Part shown: piece after piece, positions 10,142 through 19,808 of the stretch | Layout of the letters: every line of letters begins with the position of its first letter | Numbering within the stretch: the first letter of the stretch is position 1 | Origin: an uncultured Alphaproteobacteria bacterium | GTDB lineage: Bacteria > Pseudomonadota > Alphaproteobacteria > ATCC43930 > CGMCC-115725 | Length of the DNA: 64,000 nucleotides | Reading direction: 5' to 3' | NCBI GenBank assembly: GCA_963795485.1 | Contig: CAWCIL010000007.1 | Coordinates: forward strand, 275,066 to 339,065 | Position numbers and translations under genes: made by a program | Notes under the pieces: model-generated | What the model was told of the DNA's origin: nothing | Database searches by the model: none | Seen by the model: only the letters and a program-made list of their open reading frames with translations

Positions 10142-11755
10142 ATGAGCGACATCGCCTATCATGAGCTGTTCCCGCTCGGTGCCGACGAGGCGCCCTATCG
10201 CAAGCTGACCGGCGATCATGTATCCGCCGCCAGCTTCGAAGGGCGGCGCATCGTCAAGATCGAGCCCGAGGCACTGACCCAGCTCGCTGCACAGGCCTTC
10301 GCCGACAGTGCACACCTGTTGCGCCCGGGCCACCTTGCCTCGCTGCGCGCGATCCTCGACGACCCGGAAGCTTCCGCGAACGACAGGTTCGTCGCCTTCG
10401 ACCTGTTGAAAAACGCCAACATCGCCGCCGGCCGCGTCTTGCCGATGTGCCAGGACACCGGCACTGCGATCGTCATGGGCAAAAAGGGCCAGCAGGTGTG
10501 GACCGAAGGCGACGACGCGGCCGCGATCTCGGCCGGCATCCGCCGCACCTATACCGAGACCAACCTGCGCTACAGCCAGGTGGCGCCGTTGTCGATGTAC
10601 GAGGAGGTCAACACTGGCGATAATTTGCCGGCGCAGATCGATCTCTATGCCGAGCCCGGGGACACCTACAAATTCCTGTTCATCGCCAAGGGCGGCGGCT
10701 CGGCCAACAAGAGTTTCCTCTATCAGCAGACGAAGGCGGTGCTGAACCCGAAAGCGCTGCTCAAGTTTCTCGACGAAAAGGTCCGCACTCTCGGCACCGC
10801 CGCCTGCCCGCCCTACCACCTGGCGATTGTCATCGGCGGCACCTCGGCCGAGATGAACCTGAAGACGGTCAAGCTCGCCAGCTGCCGCTATCTCGACAGC
10901 TTGCCCCGAGCGGGCAACCAATGGGGCCAGGCCTACCGGGACCGTGAATTCGAAGCGGAGGTGCTCGAGCTGACCCGCGGTCTCGGCATCGGCGCGCAAT
11001 TCGGCGGCAAGTATTTCTGTCATGACGTGCGGGTGGTCCGGCTGCCGCGCCACGGCGCCAGCCTGCCGATCGGTATCGGCGTTTCGTGCTCCGCCGACCG
11101 CCAAATCCTCGGCAAGATCACCGCCGAGGGCGTGTTTCTCGAAGAGCTCGAGGCCAACCCGGCGCGCTTTCTTCCAGAGATCCACGAAGCCGCGCTCGGC
11201 GGCGAGGTGGTGCCGATCGACCTCGCCCGGCCGATGAACGAGATCCGACGCACCCTCTCGCGCTTTTCGATCAAGACGCGGCTCAGCCTGACCGGGCCGC
11301 TGATCGTGGCCCGCGACATCGCCCATGCGAAACTGCAGGAGCGGCTCGACCGCGGCGAGGGGCTGCCCGATTACGTCAAAAATCACCCGCTCTATTACGC
11401 CGGTCCGGCCAAGACGCCGCAGGGCTATGCCTCGGGTTCGTTCGGCCCGACCACGGCCGGCCGGATGGATAGCTATGTCGACGCTTTCATGGCGGCGGGC
11501 GGCAGCTTTGTCACCCTGGCCAAAGGCAATCGCGGCGCCGAGGTGCGCCAGGCCTGCCATCGGCACGGCGGCTTTTACCTCGGCTCGGTCGGCGGCCCGG
11601 CGGCGAGGCTCGCCCTCGAATGCATCCGCAAGGTCGAGCTTCTCGAATATCCCGAGCTCGGCATGGAAGCGGTCTGGCGCATCGAGGTGGAGGATTTCCC
11701 CGCGTTCATCGTTATCGACGACAAGGGAAACGATTTCTTCTCCGCGCTCGCCTGA
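10142..11755 (+). CDS. fumA: Class I (Fe-S) fumarate hydratase
   Basis: [13 protein letters not shown]...[17 protein letters not shown]... About 537 aa from ATG 10142; the track ORF begins earlier at 10082. Confidence 0.9.
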   Translation: MSDIAYHELFPLGADEAPYRKLTGDHVSAASFEGRRIVKIEPEALTQLAAQAFADSAHLLRPGHLASLRAILDDPEASANDRFVAFDLLKNANIAAGRVLPMCQDTGTAIVMGKKGQQVWTEGDDAAAISAGIRRTYTETNLRYSQVAPLSMYEEVNTGDNLPAQIDLYAEPGDTYKFLFIAKGGGSANKSFLYQQTKAVLNPKALLKFLDEKVRTLGTAACPPYHLAIVIGGTSAEMNLKTVKLASCRYLDSLPRAGNQWGQAYRDREFEAEVLELTRGLGIGAQFGGKYFCHDVRVVRLPRHGASLPIGIGVSCSADRQILGKITAEGVFLEELEANPARFLPEIHEAALGGEVVPIDLARPMNEIRRTLSRFSIKTRLSLTGPLIVARDIAHAKLQERLDRGEGLPDYVKNHPLYYAGPAKTPQGYASGSFGPTTAGRMDSYVDAFMAAGGSFVTLAKGNRGAEVRQACHRHGGFYLGSVGGPAARLALECIRKVELLEYPELGMEAVWRIEVEDFPAFIVIDDKGNDFFSALA

Positions 11756-11810
11756 GCGCGGAGCGGATCAGGCAGGTGTGGGGGCCTCCTGGTTGGCGCA
11801 GAATGGAGGA

Positions 11811-12347
11811 GTGCCGCAGGACGACGTGGTCGATGCCCTCACGCGCGGCGAAAAGGGTGCCTGGAAGACGTTCGTGCGGCGCTACGCCGGGCTCGTCACC
11901 GTCGCCGTGCGCGGGGTGGCGCGCGAGCCGAACGACATCGAGGACCTGGTGCAGGAGGTTTTTCTACGACTGTGCCGGAACGATTTCCGCCTGCTGCGCA
12001 CCTACGACCCGGCCCGCGCCGGCCTGTCGACCTGGATCACGATCGTCGCGCGCAGCACCGCCCGCGATGCGATGCGCCGGCGCCGGCCGGTGGCGGTCCC
12101 GATCGAGGCGGTGCCCGAAGGGCTGCTCGCCGTCGACCCGATCGAGCCGGTCACCAGGCTCAAGCTGCCCGACGCTCTTCTGTCGCCGCGCCAACGCGAA
12201 ATCCTGACCATGTTGTACGATCGCGAAATGGAGGTTGCGGAGATCGCCGTCCAGCTCGGCATCGATCCGCAGACCGTCCGCAGCGCTCACCACAAGGCGA
12301 TGATCAAGCTGCGCGCCCATTTCAAGGCCGAAGCGAATGAGCGCTGA
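11811..12347 (+). CDS. ECF-type RNA polymerase sigma-70 factor
   Basis: Region 2 (IEDLVQEVFLRL) and region 4 (LSPRQREILTMLYDREMEVAEIAVQLGIDPQTVRSAHHKAMIKLR). Start is ambiguous: GTG 11778, TTG 11793 or GTG 11811. Confidence 0.85.
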   Translation: MPQDDVVDALTRGEKGAWKTFVRRYAGLVTVAVRGVAREPNDIEDLVQEVFLRLCRNDFRLLRTYDPARAGLSTWITIVARSTARDAMRRRRPVAVPIEAVPEGLLAVDPIEPVTRLKLPDALLSPRQREILTMLYDREMEVAEIAVQLGIDPQTVRSAHHKAMIKLRAHFKAEANER

Positions 12348-12447
12348 AGGGGGATCAGCGCGAACCAGCAGGTTGCGGGGATGCCCGGATCGCAGGCTGC
12401 CTAGATATCCGAAGAAAGCCGTGCGATAAGTTCGAGCCGACGACGAA

Positions 12448-12999
12448 ATGAGCAACCCGGCGAACTTTGAGTCGAACCGCGCCTTTTGGCGACATTGCCG
12501 CGCTGCCGACGCGCCGGGGGACGAGGCAGCGCACTTTCTCGATCTCGCCGCCTTCGCCGACGGCCGTCTCGACGAGGAGGAACGCGATCGCGTCGCCTTC
12601 CACCTCGCCGCCGACCCGGACGCCGCGGCCGACGTGTCCGCGGCGCGGATGCTCTCCGCCGGCGGCGGCTCTAGGCCGGTCGGATTGGAACGGGTGATCG
12701 CTGATGTCGTCGCCCGCGCCGATCCGCTCGTCGCCGATGCCATGCCCGAGCCCGGTCGGGTGCTTCGGTTCGGGGTGTTGCCGGCGCGTGCAGCCTTCCA
12801 GCGCTTTGCGCAATGGGGCAGCCTCGCCGCGGCGATCGTGGTGGCGAGCTGGCTCGGCTTTGCCATGGGCAGCGGCGCCTTGCTGACCCTCAGCCAGCCC
12901 GATCAATCGAGCCAGGTCGGCGAGGCGAGCTTTCTGCCCGAACTGCTCGACCCCACCACCGGCTTTCTGCGCGACCTGACCGCGGGTCAACAGACGTGA
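12448..12999 (+). CDS. Putative anti-sigma factor (single-pass membrane)
   Basis: Position after the ECF sigma gene; N-terminal LDLAAFADGRLDEEERDRVAFHLAADPDAAADV motif; one TM segment (AAAIVVASWLGFAMG). Confidence 0.6.
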   Translation: MSNPANFESNRAFWRHCRAADAPGDEAAHFLDLAAFADGRLDEEERDRVAFHLAADPDAAADVSAARMLSAGGGSRPVGLERVIADVVARADPLVADAMPEPGRVLRFGVLPARAAFQRFAQWGSLAAAIVVASWLGFAMGSGALLTLSQPDQSSQVGEASFLPELLDPTTGFLRDLTAGQQT

Positions 13000-13499
13000 C
13001 CTTCGCCCATGCGGTGGCGGGCGGCGGGACGCGTCGGCATTTTTGGCAGGTGGCGCTGGCGCTGTCACTGGCGCTCAACCTGTTTTTCGTCGGTGGGGCG
13101 CTGTGGATCCGCGTGCACGCGCCAAACCCGCCGATGACCCCGCAGCAGCGCCTCCATCAGATGGCCGGCGAGCTCGGGCTCGACGCCCAGCAAAGCCGGG
13201 CCTTTGCCGATTACTCCAAAACCATGAGCGAGCGCCTGCAGGCGATGCATCAGGCGATCCGGCCGCTGGTCTCCCAGGCTTGGTCCGAAGTGGCCAAGCC
13301 ACAGGCGAACGAAACGAGGATCATGCAGCTGCTCGACGAGGCCGGGCAAAAGCGGCGCGAATCCGTCGGCCGGCTGACGACCACAACCTTGTCCTTCCTG
13401 GCGACCTTGTCGCCCGAGCAACGGCGGAAATTCGTCGAGCTCGCCCATCAGCGGCCGCGGCCCTGGTCGCCGCCGCACGATCAGGACAGGTCTCGCTAG
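12996..13499 (+). CDS. Spy/CpxP-family periplasmic protein ('periplasmic heavy-metal sensor' type, LTXXQ-like motifs)
   Basis: GTG 12996 overlaps the anti-sigma stop (GTGA). Has a signal/TM segment and MTPQQR / LSPEQRRKF motifs. Confidence 0.65.
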   Translation: MTFAHAVAGGGTRRHFWQVALALSLALNLFFVGGALWIRVHAPNPPMTPQQRLHQMAGELGLDAQQSRAFADYSKTMSERLQAMHQAIRPLVSQAWSEVAKPQANETRIMQLLDEAGQKRRESVGRLTTTTLSFLATLSPEQRRKFVELAHQRPRPWSPPHDQDRSR

Positions 13500-13554
13500 C
13501 CTCGTTGCGATACCCGACCGGCGCGAACTGGCGCCTTTTCACGCGGAGCCGAAA

Positions 13555-14376
13555 ATGGCAAGGGACTCCTCAAATACGCGCGGTCGCAGGGAATTTTTGC
13601 GGGCCGCCGCGGCTGCCCCGGCGCTGCTCGCGCTCGCCGCGTGGCCGCTGGCTGCTGGCGCCCAGTCGCCCAATGGCGGGACAGCCAGTGGCGGGGCGGC
13701 CAGTGGTGAAGCCGGCGGCGGCGAGTCGAGCGGTGGCGCAACGCTCAAGATCGGTGTGGTGGGCTCGGGCCGCGAAGGCGGCGCGCTCGGCTCGCTGTGG
13801 GTCAAGGCCGGCCTCCCGGTGATGTTCTCTTCCCGCCATCCCGAGGAGCTGAAGAGCCTGGTCGACGGGCTTGGTCCGCTGGCGCGGGCCGGCACGGTCG
13901 AGCAGGCGATTGCATTCGGCAATGTCGTGTCGATCGTCGTGCCCTACACCGCGATGCAGCAGATCGGCAAAGATTATGCGGCGGCGCTCGCGAAAAAGGC
14001 GCTGGTGATCGACGTCAGCAACCCGATCGCCCGGCGCGACGGCGAGGACTGCGTCAAATGGGTGAGCCAGCAGGGAGGTCCGGGGCTGGCGACGGCAAAG
14101 CTCCTGCCCGGCGCACATGTCGTCCGCGCTTTCAATGCGATCGGCTACGCGAAGCTGTCGGCCGACGCGCATCGTCCGGGCGGCCCGGTCGGCATCCCGA
14201 TCGCCGGCGACGACCCCAACGCCATCGCGATCGCCTCGAACCTCATTCGCCAGATCGGCTACGAGCCGGTCCTGATCGGCGGGCTGGCGAAGGGCAAGTA
14301 TCTGGTCCCGGGGACGCCGCTCGGCGGCGAGCACACCCCGGCGGAGATCCACAAGATCGCTGCCGGCCTCGGTTGA
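13555..14376 (+). CDS. Tat-signal-bearing NADP-oxidoreductase (F420-dependent NADP reductase/ProC-like Rossmann) protein
   Basis: Twin-arginine motif TRGRREFLRAAAAAPALLALAA..AGA, a Gly/Ser-rich linker, then KIGVVGSGREGGALG Rossmann fingerprint. Confidence 0.7.
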   Translation: MARDSSNTRGRREFLRAAAAAPALLALAAWPLAAGAQSPNGGTASGGAASGEAGGGESSGGATLKIGVVGSGREGGALGSLWVKAGLPVMFSSRHPEELKSLVDGLGPLARAGTVEQAIAFGNVVSIVVPYTAMQQIGKDYAAALAKKALVIDVSNPIARRDGEDCVKWVSQQGGPGLATAKLLPGAHVVRAFNAIGYAKLSADAHRPGGPVGIPIAGDDPNAIAIASNLIRQIGYEPVLIGGLAKGKYLVPGTPLGGEHTPAEIHKIAAGLG

Positions 14377-14724
14377 GCCGCGCTCGACCGACCGTCCCCC
14401 GGCCGCCGACACCAACGCCTCCGGCCGTCTCTTTCGCCTGCTGCACCGGTTCATCGATGTCCGGCGCGAGGAGGCGCCGGTGGTCGGTTGGTGCTGCTCG
14501 CGGAGCTCATCGCAGCCAAGAAGTTGCGGCCGCAAATTGCGCTTTAGGCCCCATGGAGCGAGATTGGCACGCTCGCCCGCCGACTTATCGATCGCGAGTT
14601 CACCGGCAACGCATCCTGCACGTCCGTTGAGGTTTGCCAAATCTGCAGCACACCGGTATTTGCGGCGAAAGCAGCCTTTTAATGCTGGCCAACAGCTCGC
14701 ATTGGAGGGTTTCCAAGAACGGGC

Positions 14725-14985
14725 TCACTTGATCTCCGCGATCTGCGCTTCGCTGAGGCCGCGGATAAAATCGGGCAATGCGATGAAGCCGACGCGCCCG
14801 AGATAGTTTTTGCCATTACCTCCAGTGGTCGATATGGCCCACAGCAAGAATTGGCGAAGCGCATGGGCAGTTGCAACGTTGGGTTGCAATTTAGAAACGA
14901 TGGCATATTCATAGTTAATCAGCGGGTAGCTGTTGTCGCCGGGGGCAAAGACGAGGCTGATGCGCTCATACGACGGTGTGCGCGG
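14725..14985 (-). pseudogene. pstS: PstS-like phosphate-binding protein, C-terminal fragment only
   Basis: Reverse translation gives ...FAPGDNSYPLINYEYAIVSKLQPNVATAHALRQFLLWAISTTGGNGKNYLGRVGFIALPDFIRGLSEAQIAEIK*. The upstream part is absent. Confidence 0.7.
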
Positions 14986-15054
14986 GCATAATTATACTTG
15001 ACGTACCCATTTGATGACCCTATATTGAGCGCCAGGGAGATAGCCGATGTCCTG

Positions 15055-15950
15055 TTCTTTCTGAGCCTCACTACCACAACGAAGCCGCCGCCTATGCTTT
15101 CGTAGAGGCGCATGTCTGGCGGAACGGTCGGTTCTGTCCGCATTGCGGGGTTGTGGATCTTCGGCCCGCCTGACGGGCAAGAGCACTCGGATCGGGGTCT
15201 ATAAGTGCTATGCCTGCCGGAAACCTTTTACCGTCAAGGTCGGAACCATCTTTGAGGCTAGTCACGTCAACTTGCACGTCTGGCTTCAGGCGATGTTCCT
15301 TATGTGCTCTTCTAAAAAGGGGATCAGCAGCAACCAGCTCCATCGCATCTCGGCGTCACCCTCAAAACTGCTTGGTTCATGAGCCATCGCATTCGCGAGG
15401 CGATGCGCGAAGGCAAACTGCCGGGCGGCATGGGCGGCGAAGGCAAGTTTGTCGAGGCTGATGAAACCTACGTAGGCGGGAAGGCGAAGAAACCGGGCCT
15501 ATAAAGAACCGCCATCGAAGGAAGGCGGTTATCTTCTCTGGTGGAGCGCAAGGGCCGCGTCTGCTCTCGTCCACGTTCCGAATGTGTACGGCGGCGAACC
15601 TTAAGCCGATCCTTGTGGAACAAATCTCGCCGAAGCTTCTCATTTGAGGACTGACGAGAGTGGCGTCTATTGGAAGCGTGGGCGAAGGATTTGCCAGCCA
15701 TCGCACCGTCAATCACTCTGCCGACGAATATGTTCGCGGCGATGCTCACACCAACACCGTCGAAGGCTATCTTCTCGATCCTCAAGCGCGGCATCTATGG
15801 CGTGTACCACCACGTCAGCGAAGAACATTTGAAGCGCTATCTCTCCGAGTTCGATTTCCGTTAAACGAACGCATCGCGCTCGGGGTTGACGACTGAGCGG
15901 GCCAGTCGCGTTGGCGGCATCGTCGGAAAGCGCTGACCTATCGAACGACT
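15055..15950 (+). mobile_element. IS1595-family (ISXO2-like) transposase relic, multiple frameshifts/stops
   Basis: Fragments in three frames: CPHCG..., TGKSTRIGVYKCYACRKPFTVKVGTIFEASHVNLHVWLQAMFLMCSSKKGISSNQLHR, TAWFMSHRIREAM, FVEADETYVGG, NTVEGY.SILKRGIYGVYHHVSEEHLKRYLSEFDFR. Confidence 0.75.
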
Positions 15951-16291
15951 AATCGGCATGAGCATGAAGACAAAGTCGAAAGCCTAAGACCGAAAAGGCC
16001 AGCGAGCCAAACCCCGGATGATCCGGCGCAGTCGAAGCGCTTCGTCGAGACCGCCCGCGAGATTGAAGCGGACGAAGTGGTGAGGCGTTTCGGGCGCGCA
16101 TTTGAGAAGATCGTCCCACCAAAATCGCCTACTCCGAAATCCGGATCGCCAAATGCGCCATGAAATGACCGGACAGCTATCAGGATTTCCTCGGCGCGGT
16201 CTTGTGAATATGTTTTTTTGGGTGCATTGTAGGATTACGCCGAGCGCGGCGCAGTCTGTCGAAGTTGAGGGCCGCCTCGGCATAAAATTGC

Positions 16292-16660
16292 TCATCCCTT
16301 ATCGCTTTCCGCCCTCTTTGGCGCGATCATCAAGCGTGCGTTCAATTTTACGGAGATACGCGCCCCTAATTTGTTCTGTTCTTCTACCCCAAGCGCTCGC
16401 GCCATGACCTTTAGTCCACATTCAAGCACCCGATCGAGGTGCATGACGCACGCGGTGGATCGCTCCAAAGCGAGACAAGTGCCAGCTTCATAGATATCGT
16501 CGTTGGCCGAAGGGAAGGAGGAGAAGACCCTTTCTCCAAATAGTTTCGCATTTCCAAAATAGTTATTATATCTCGGGTCCGGCTGAAAGAAAGTCCTACC
16601 GGAACAATCTTGATGAATATTCCATTTTACATGGCAAACATGGGAGGATAATTCCTCGCT
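16292..16660 (-). pseudogene. Hypothetical protein gene interrupted 8 codons after its start by IS1595 copy A
   Basis: Removing 16661-17802 restores ATG TAC GAA AAA AGT AGA ACA AGC GAG GAA... = MYEKSRTSEELSSHVCHVKW... (about 131 aa). AT-richer than the core. Confidence 0.5.
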
Positions 16661-17794
16661 TCTCCCCATCCAGCTAGCACAGGTTCGGCAACTGTCACGG
16701 GCATCCGTCGGTTTCGCGTAGCCCCGGCTGCCATACCGCCGGCCGTGAGCTGGTCATAGGTTATCGCGGCGCGTTCGACAGCGCGCCGGATGAGATACCG
16801 GTCGAGGCCCTCGGGCAGGTTGCGTCGGTTGAAGCGATACGCCCATTCCCGGAGGTAGCGCGGCAGGTGCTTGGCGCTGACGCCGTGATGGGTTCCGACC
16901 AGCCAGGCTTTGATGTTGCTGAAGAGCGTATGGATGATCGGGAAGAGTTCGCCCGCATTGGCGCCGGCGCCCTGGGTCACCGGGGTGTGTTTCAGGTGTT
17001 CGCCAAGGGTGGCGTCGCGCCCCGGGTTCCTTTGAAGCCGTCGGTCAGGAGGTGCGCGCGAGCCTCGATATTGCCCTCGAGGAACGCCCCGAGCTCGGCG
17101 CCGGTCGCGGCCGGCAGCACGGCGATGCCGGCATTTCCGGCAGAGAAGCCGTGCTGGCGCTTCACCGCGTGGCCGTGCTTGCCCTTCTTGTTCTTGGGCG
17201 CCGGCACCTTCTCGACCGCCACGACGACCAGGCTCTTGTCGGCGTTTTCCGTGCTTCGTCCAGGACTTGACTGATCGCCCCTGCCGCCGATGAAGCTCTC
17301 GTCCGCTTCGAGAAAGCCGCTGAGCGGGTGAGCGGGATCCTCGCTGAGGGCGTGGCGCAGCTTGTGCGCTATCGTCCAGGCCGTCTGGTAGGCGACGCCG
17401 AGCTCACGCTGCAGAAACTTGGCCGAGACCCCGCGCTTGTCGCGGCCCAGCAGATAGGCGGCGAGGAACCATTTCGGCAGGTCCGTCTGCGTCCGGTGGA
17501 ACACGGTCCCTGAGGTCACCGATTCCCGACGATGGCAAGTGCCGCACTCTTAGACCCGTGGCCGCCGCCCCTTCAGGCGCCAAGCCTCGCGGCCGCCGCA
17601 CTTCGCGCAGACGTAGCCACCCGGCCAGCGAAGCCCGGCGAGATGCTCGATGCACTGCCCTTCCGAGCCGAACCGAGACACAAACTCGAGTAACCCGCCC
17701 ATCCACGCCTCCATGATCGATTTGCGGATTCTACTCGACGAACGAACAGGTCGGCAAGAACATTCAGTGAACCTGTGCTATCTGGATAGGGAGA
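16661..17794 (-). mobile_element. IS1595-family insertion sequence, copy A (1134 bp), transposase inactivated
   Basis: Imperfect terminal IRs: TCTCCCCATCCAGCTAGCACAGGTTC versus the reverse complement of GAACCTGTGCTATCTGGATAGGGAGA. 8-bp direct repeat TCCTCGCT at 16653-16660 and 17795-17802. The transposase has an in-frame TAA (RPRV*ECGTCH) and a frameshift between ORFs 16992-17519 and 16627-16980. Confidence 0.9.
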
Positions 17795-17806
17795 TCCTCG
17801 CTTGTT

Positions 17807-18067
17807 CTACTTTTTTCGTACATATTCGAGCGACGCCCGCGACACTGGTAAATGCAAATCGTCACAAAATGCACCGATCGCTTCCGCCGCAGTCTCGTTA
17901 GTGCTTATCATCGCACGCGGCAATCGGCCGCGCGTTCTACTTACTTCTAGCTCAGAATTAAAGAGAATTTGCAGCATTTGCATGAAGCTGCCGGCGTGAA
18001 GCATAAGCATGTCCCACAGGCTCCATAGCCGGCAGGAACCCCAAGGCAGCGCAAGAGACTGACACAA
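17807..18067 (-). CDS. Hypothetical small ORF immediately upstream of the IS-disrupted gene
   Basis: ORF only, with no recognisable domain. Stop lies 5 nt before the IS target duplication. A real start may be internal (MLMLHAG...). Confidence 0.25.
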   Translation of the reverse strand: MCQSLALPWGSCRLWSLWDMLMLHAGSFMQMLQILFNSELEVSRTRGRLPRAMISTNETAAEAIGAFCDDLHLPVSRASLEYVRKK

Positions 18068-18073
18068 TCAGCC

Positions 18074-18949
18074 TTGGGGTCCAAACCGGCGTTGGGCGCG
18101 ATCATAGCGCGCTCCCGCGGGTTTGGGTACGGGAAATATAATAATGCCGAATTTCATCCGATGGGCAACGATTTTGCCCAACTGCCTTATCTCTGCAACT
18201 TCACCAACGATGCGCTCTGCGGGCATCCGATCACGCTTTTCGATAACAGTGGGTGGGCCGATGCTCCGGCCGGCCGATGGACCGCTCGAGCCAAATGACA
18301 CATAACCGACGAACTTCAATTTCAAACCGCGGTCCTCAATTCGAACCCGCTCTATACGCGCAGACAGGACGGCTTCAAACTCGACTTCAACGGGAGCACC
18401 GGCGTCATCGTGCCGGTGGAGTTCAAATATCAGCTCGGCAAGAAGCCCGAGGATTACGGCGGGACCTATAATCTCGGCGGCTATTACGATTCATCGGCGA
18501 GAGCCGACTTGGCCAATCCCAATATCTCCCACGCCGGGCTGTATGGGCTCTACGTCGAAGCTGCGCAGCAAATTATCAAGTGGGGCCCAGACAATACCGA
18601 CGGGCTGGCAGTTTTCGGCGTCTACACGGTGAGCGATCAGAACACCGCGAAATTCAAAAATGACTATGAAGCGGGTGTTGCTGCCCGCGGCGTTTTCCCG
18701 GGCCGTGAACTGGACATCCTTTCTCTCGGCTGGGTAGAGGCTACGATCAATCGGCGGTTTCAGTTTCAGGAGGAAAAATCGGGATCGCCGATCCAGACCA
18801 ACGAACAGCTTGTCGAACTTAATTACGCCTTTCAGCTTACCCCCTCGCTGTTTTTCCGGCCAGGCGTCCAATACGACATCCGCCCCGGCGCGACATCGAC
18901 GAATCCGAATACTTGGATCTTCGACTTCCACGTCCAGCTCACGCTGTAA
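18074..18949 (+). pseudogene. oprB: OprB-family carbohydrate porin, N-terminally truncated with in-frame TGA (18296-18298)
   Basis: ...GRWTARAK*HITDELQFQTAVLNSNPLY...YNLGGYYDS...LNYAFQLTPSLFFRPGVQYDIRPG...DFHVQLTL. Only about 290 of an expected 450+ residues remain. Confidence 0.75.
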
Positions 18950-19184
18950 GCACACGATGATTTCCGGTGCCGTATCCCCCACAAGTCGCCCGTTTTCGGC
19001 ACCATGTCGCCGCCGGATCGCCGGGATCGGCGATGGGCGACCGGCTCTGCTCGATCCGTCGTCCACGAACCGGCAGGCGACGACGCACGCTCTTCTCCCA
19101 GGGGCGACATCCGTGCAATGTCTGGCCTCCCACAATAGCGTGACGCGCTGGAACCGGCGCCAGCGTATGTCCCAGGATTAGCGC

Positions 19185-19808
19185 ATGGCCGAACCGAATA
19201 AACAACCTCAGCGCACTTGGTCCCCCGCCCTCAAGCACACTGTCACAAGACCGATGATCGTCGTCGTGATGGGTGTCTCCGGCTCGGGCAAAAGCACGGT
19301 CGCGGCCATGCTGGCGGCCGCGTTAGGTTGCCAATTTCAGGAAGGCGACAACCTGCACCCGCGCGAAAATGTCGAGAAGATGCGCGGTGGGACTCCGTTG
19401 ACCGACGCGGACCGGATGCCCTGGCTCCGCAAGATCGCGGCAGAAATCGACGGCTGGCACGCGCGGGGTGAATGCGGAGTGCTGACCTGCTCGGCTCTAA
19501 AGCGATCCTACCGGGACATCATCATCGGTGACCGCCGCGATGTGATACTTGTTTACCTCAAAGGATCGCCCGACCTGATTCATCAGCGCATGGCCGCGCG
19601 GCACGAGCACTACATGCCGGTTGCGCTGCTCGACAGCCAATTCGCGACGTTGGAGGAGCCGACGCCGGACGAGCGTCCGATCATCCTCGATGTCGGCGGC
19701 AAACCGGCCGAACTTGCCCACGAGATTGTGTCCCGGATCGAGGATCGGCAGCATACGACCGACGGCACCGCGCCACCCGCCAGCATCAGCACGCGAGAGG
19801 ATCGATGA
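19185..19808 (+). CDS. gntK: Gluconokinase
   Basis: VVMGVSGSGKSTVAAMLAAALGCQFQEGDNLHPRENVEKMRGGTPLTDADRMPWL. The start may be an internal ATG. Confidence 0.85.
   Translation: MAEPNKQPQRTWSPALKHTVTRPMIVVVMGVSGSGKSTVAAMLAAALGCQFQEGDNLHPRENVEKMRGGTPLTDADRMPWLRKIAAEIDGWHARGECGVLTCSALKRSYRDIIIGDRRDVILVYLKGSPDLIHQRMAARHEHYMPVALLDSQFATLEEPTPDERPIILDVGGKPAELAHEIVSRIEDRQHTTDGTAPPASISTREDR

Noticed and set aside
9602-11566. 654-aa minus-strand ORF opposite sspB and fumarase. The same applies to 6183-8072(+), 13570-14640(-), 29661-31427(-), 43549-44892(-) and 28186-29544(+).
   Set aside because: These are antisense to genes with clear homology. Their composition (Arg/Ala/Gly/Pro-rich) is typical of open non-coding frames in high-GC DNA.
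14430-14540. Possible N-terminal stub of a transporter (RLFRLLHRFIDVRREEAPVVGW)
   Set aside because: The match is about 25 residues from memory of NTP/ADP-translocase-like MFS N-termini, which is too short to call. It may nevertheless mark the left island junction.
15960-16160. Open frame ...PKRPASQTPDDPAQSKRFVETAREIEADEVVRRFGRAFEKIVPPKSP following the IS1595 relic
   Set aside because: It lacks a start codon and is contiguous with the degraded transposase tail. I could not decide whether it is a separate small gene.
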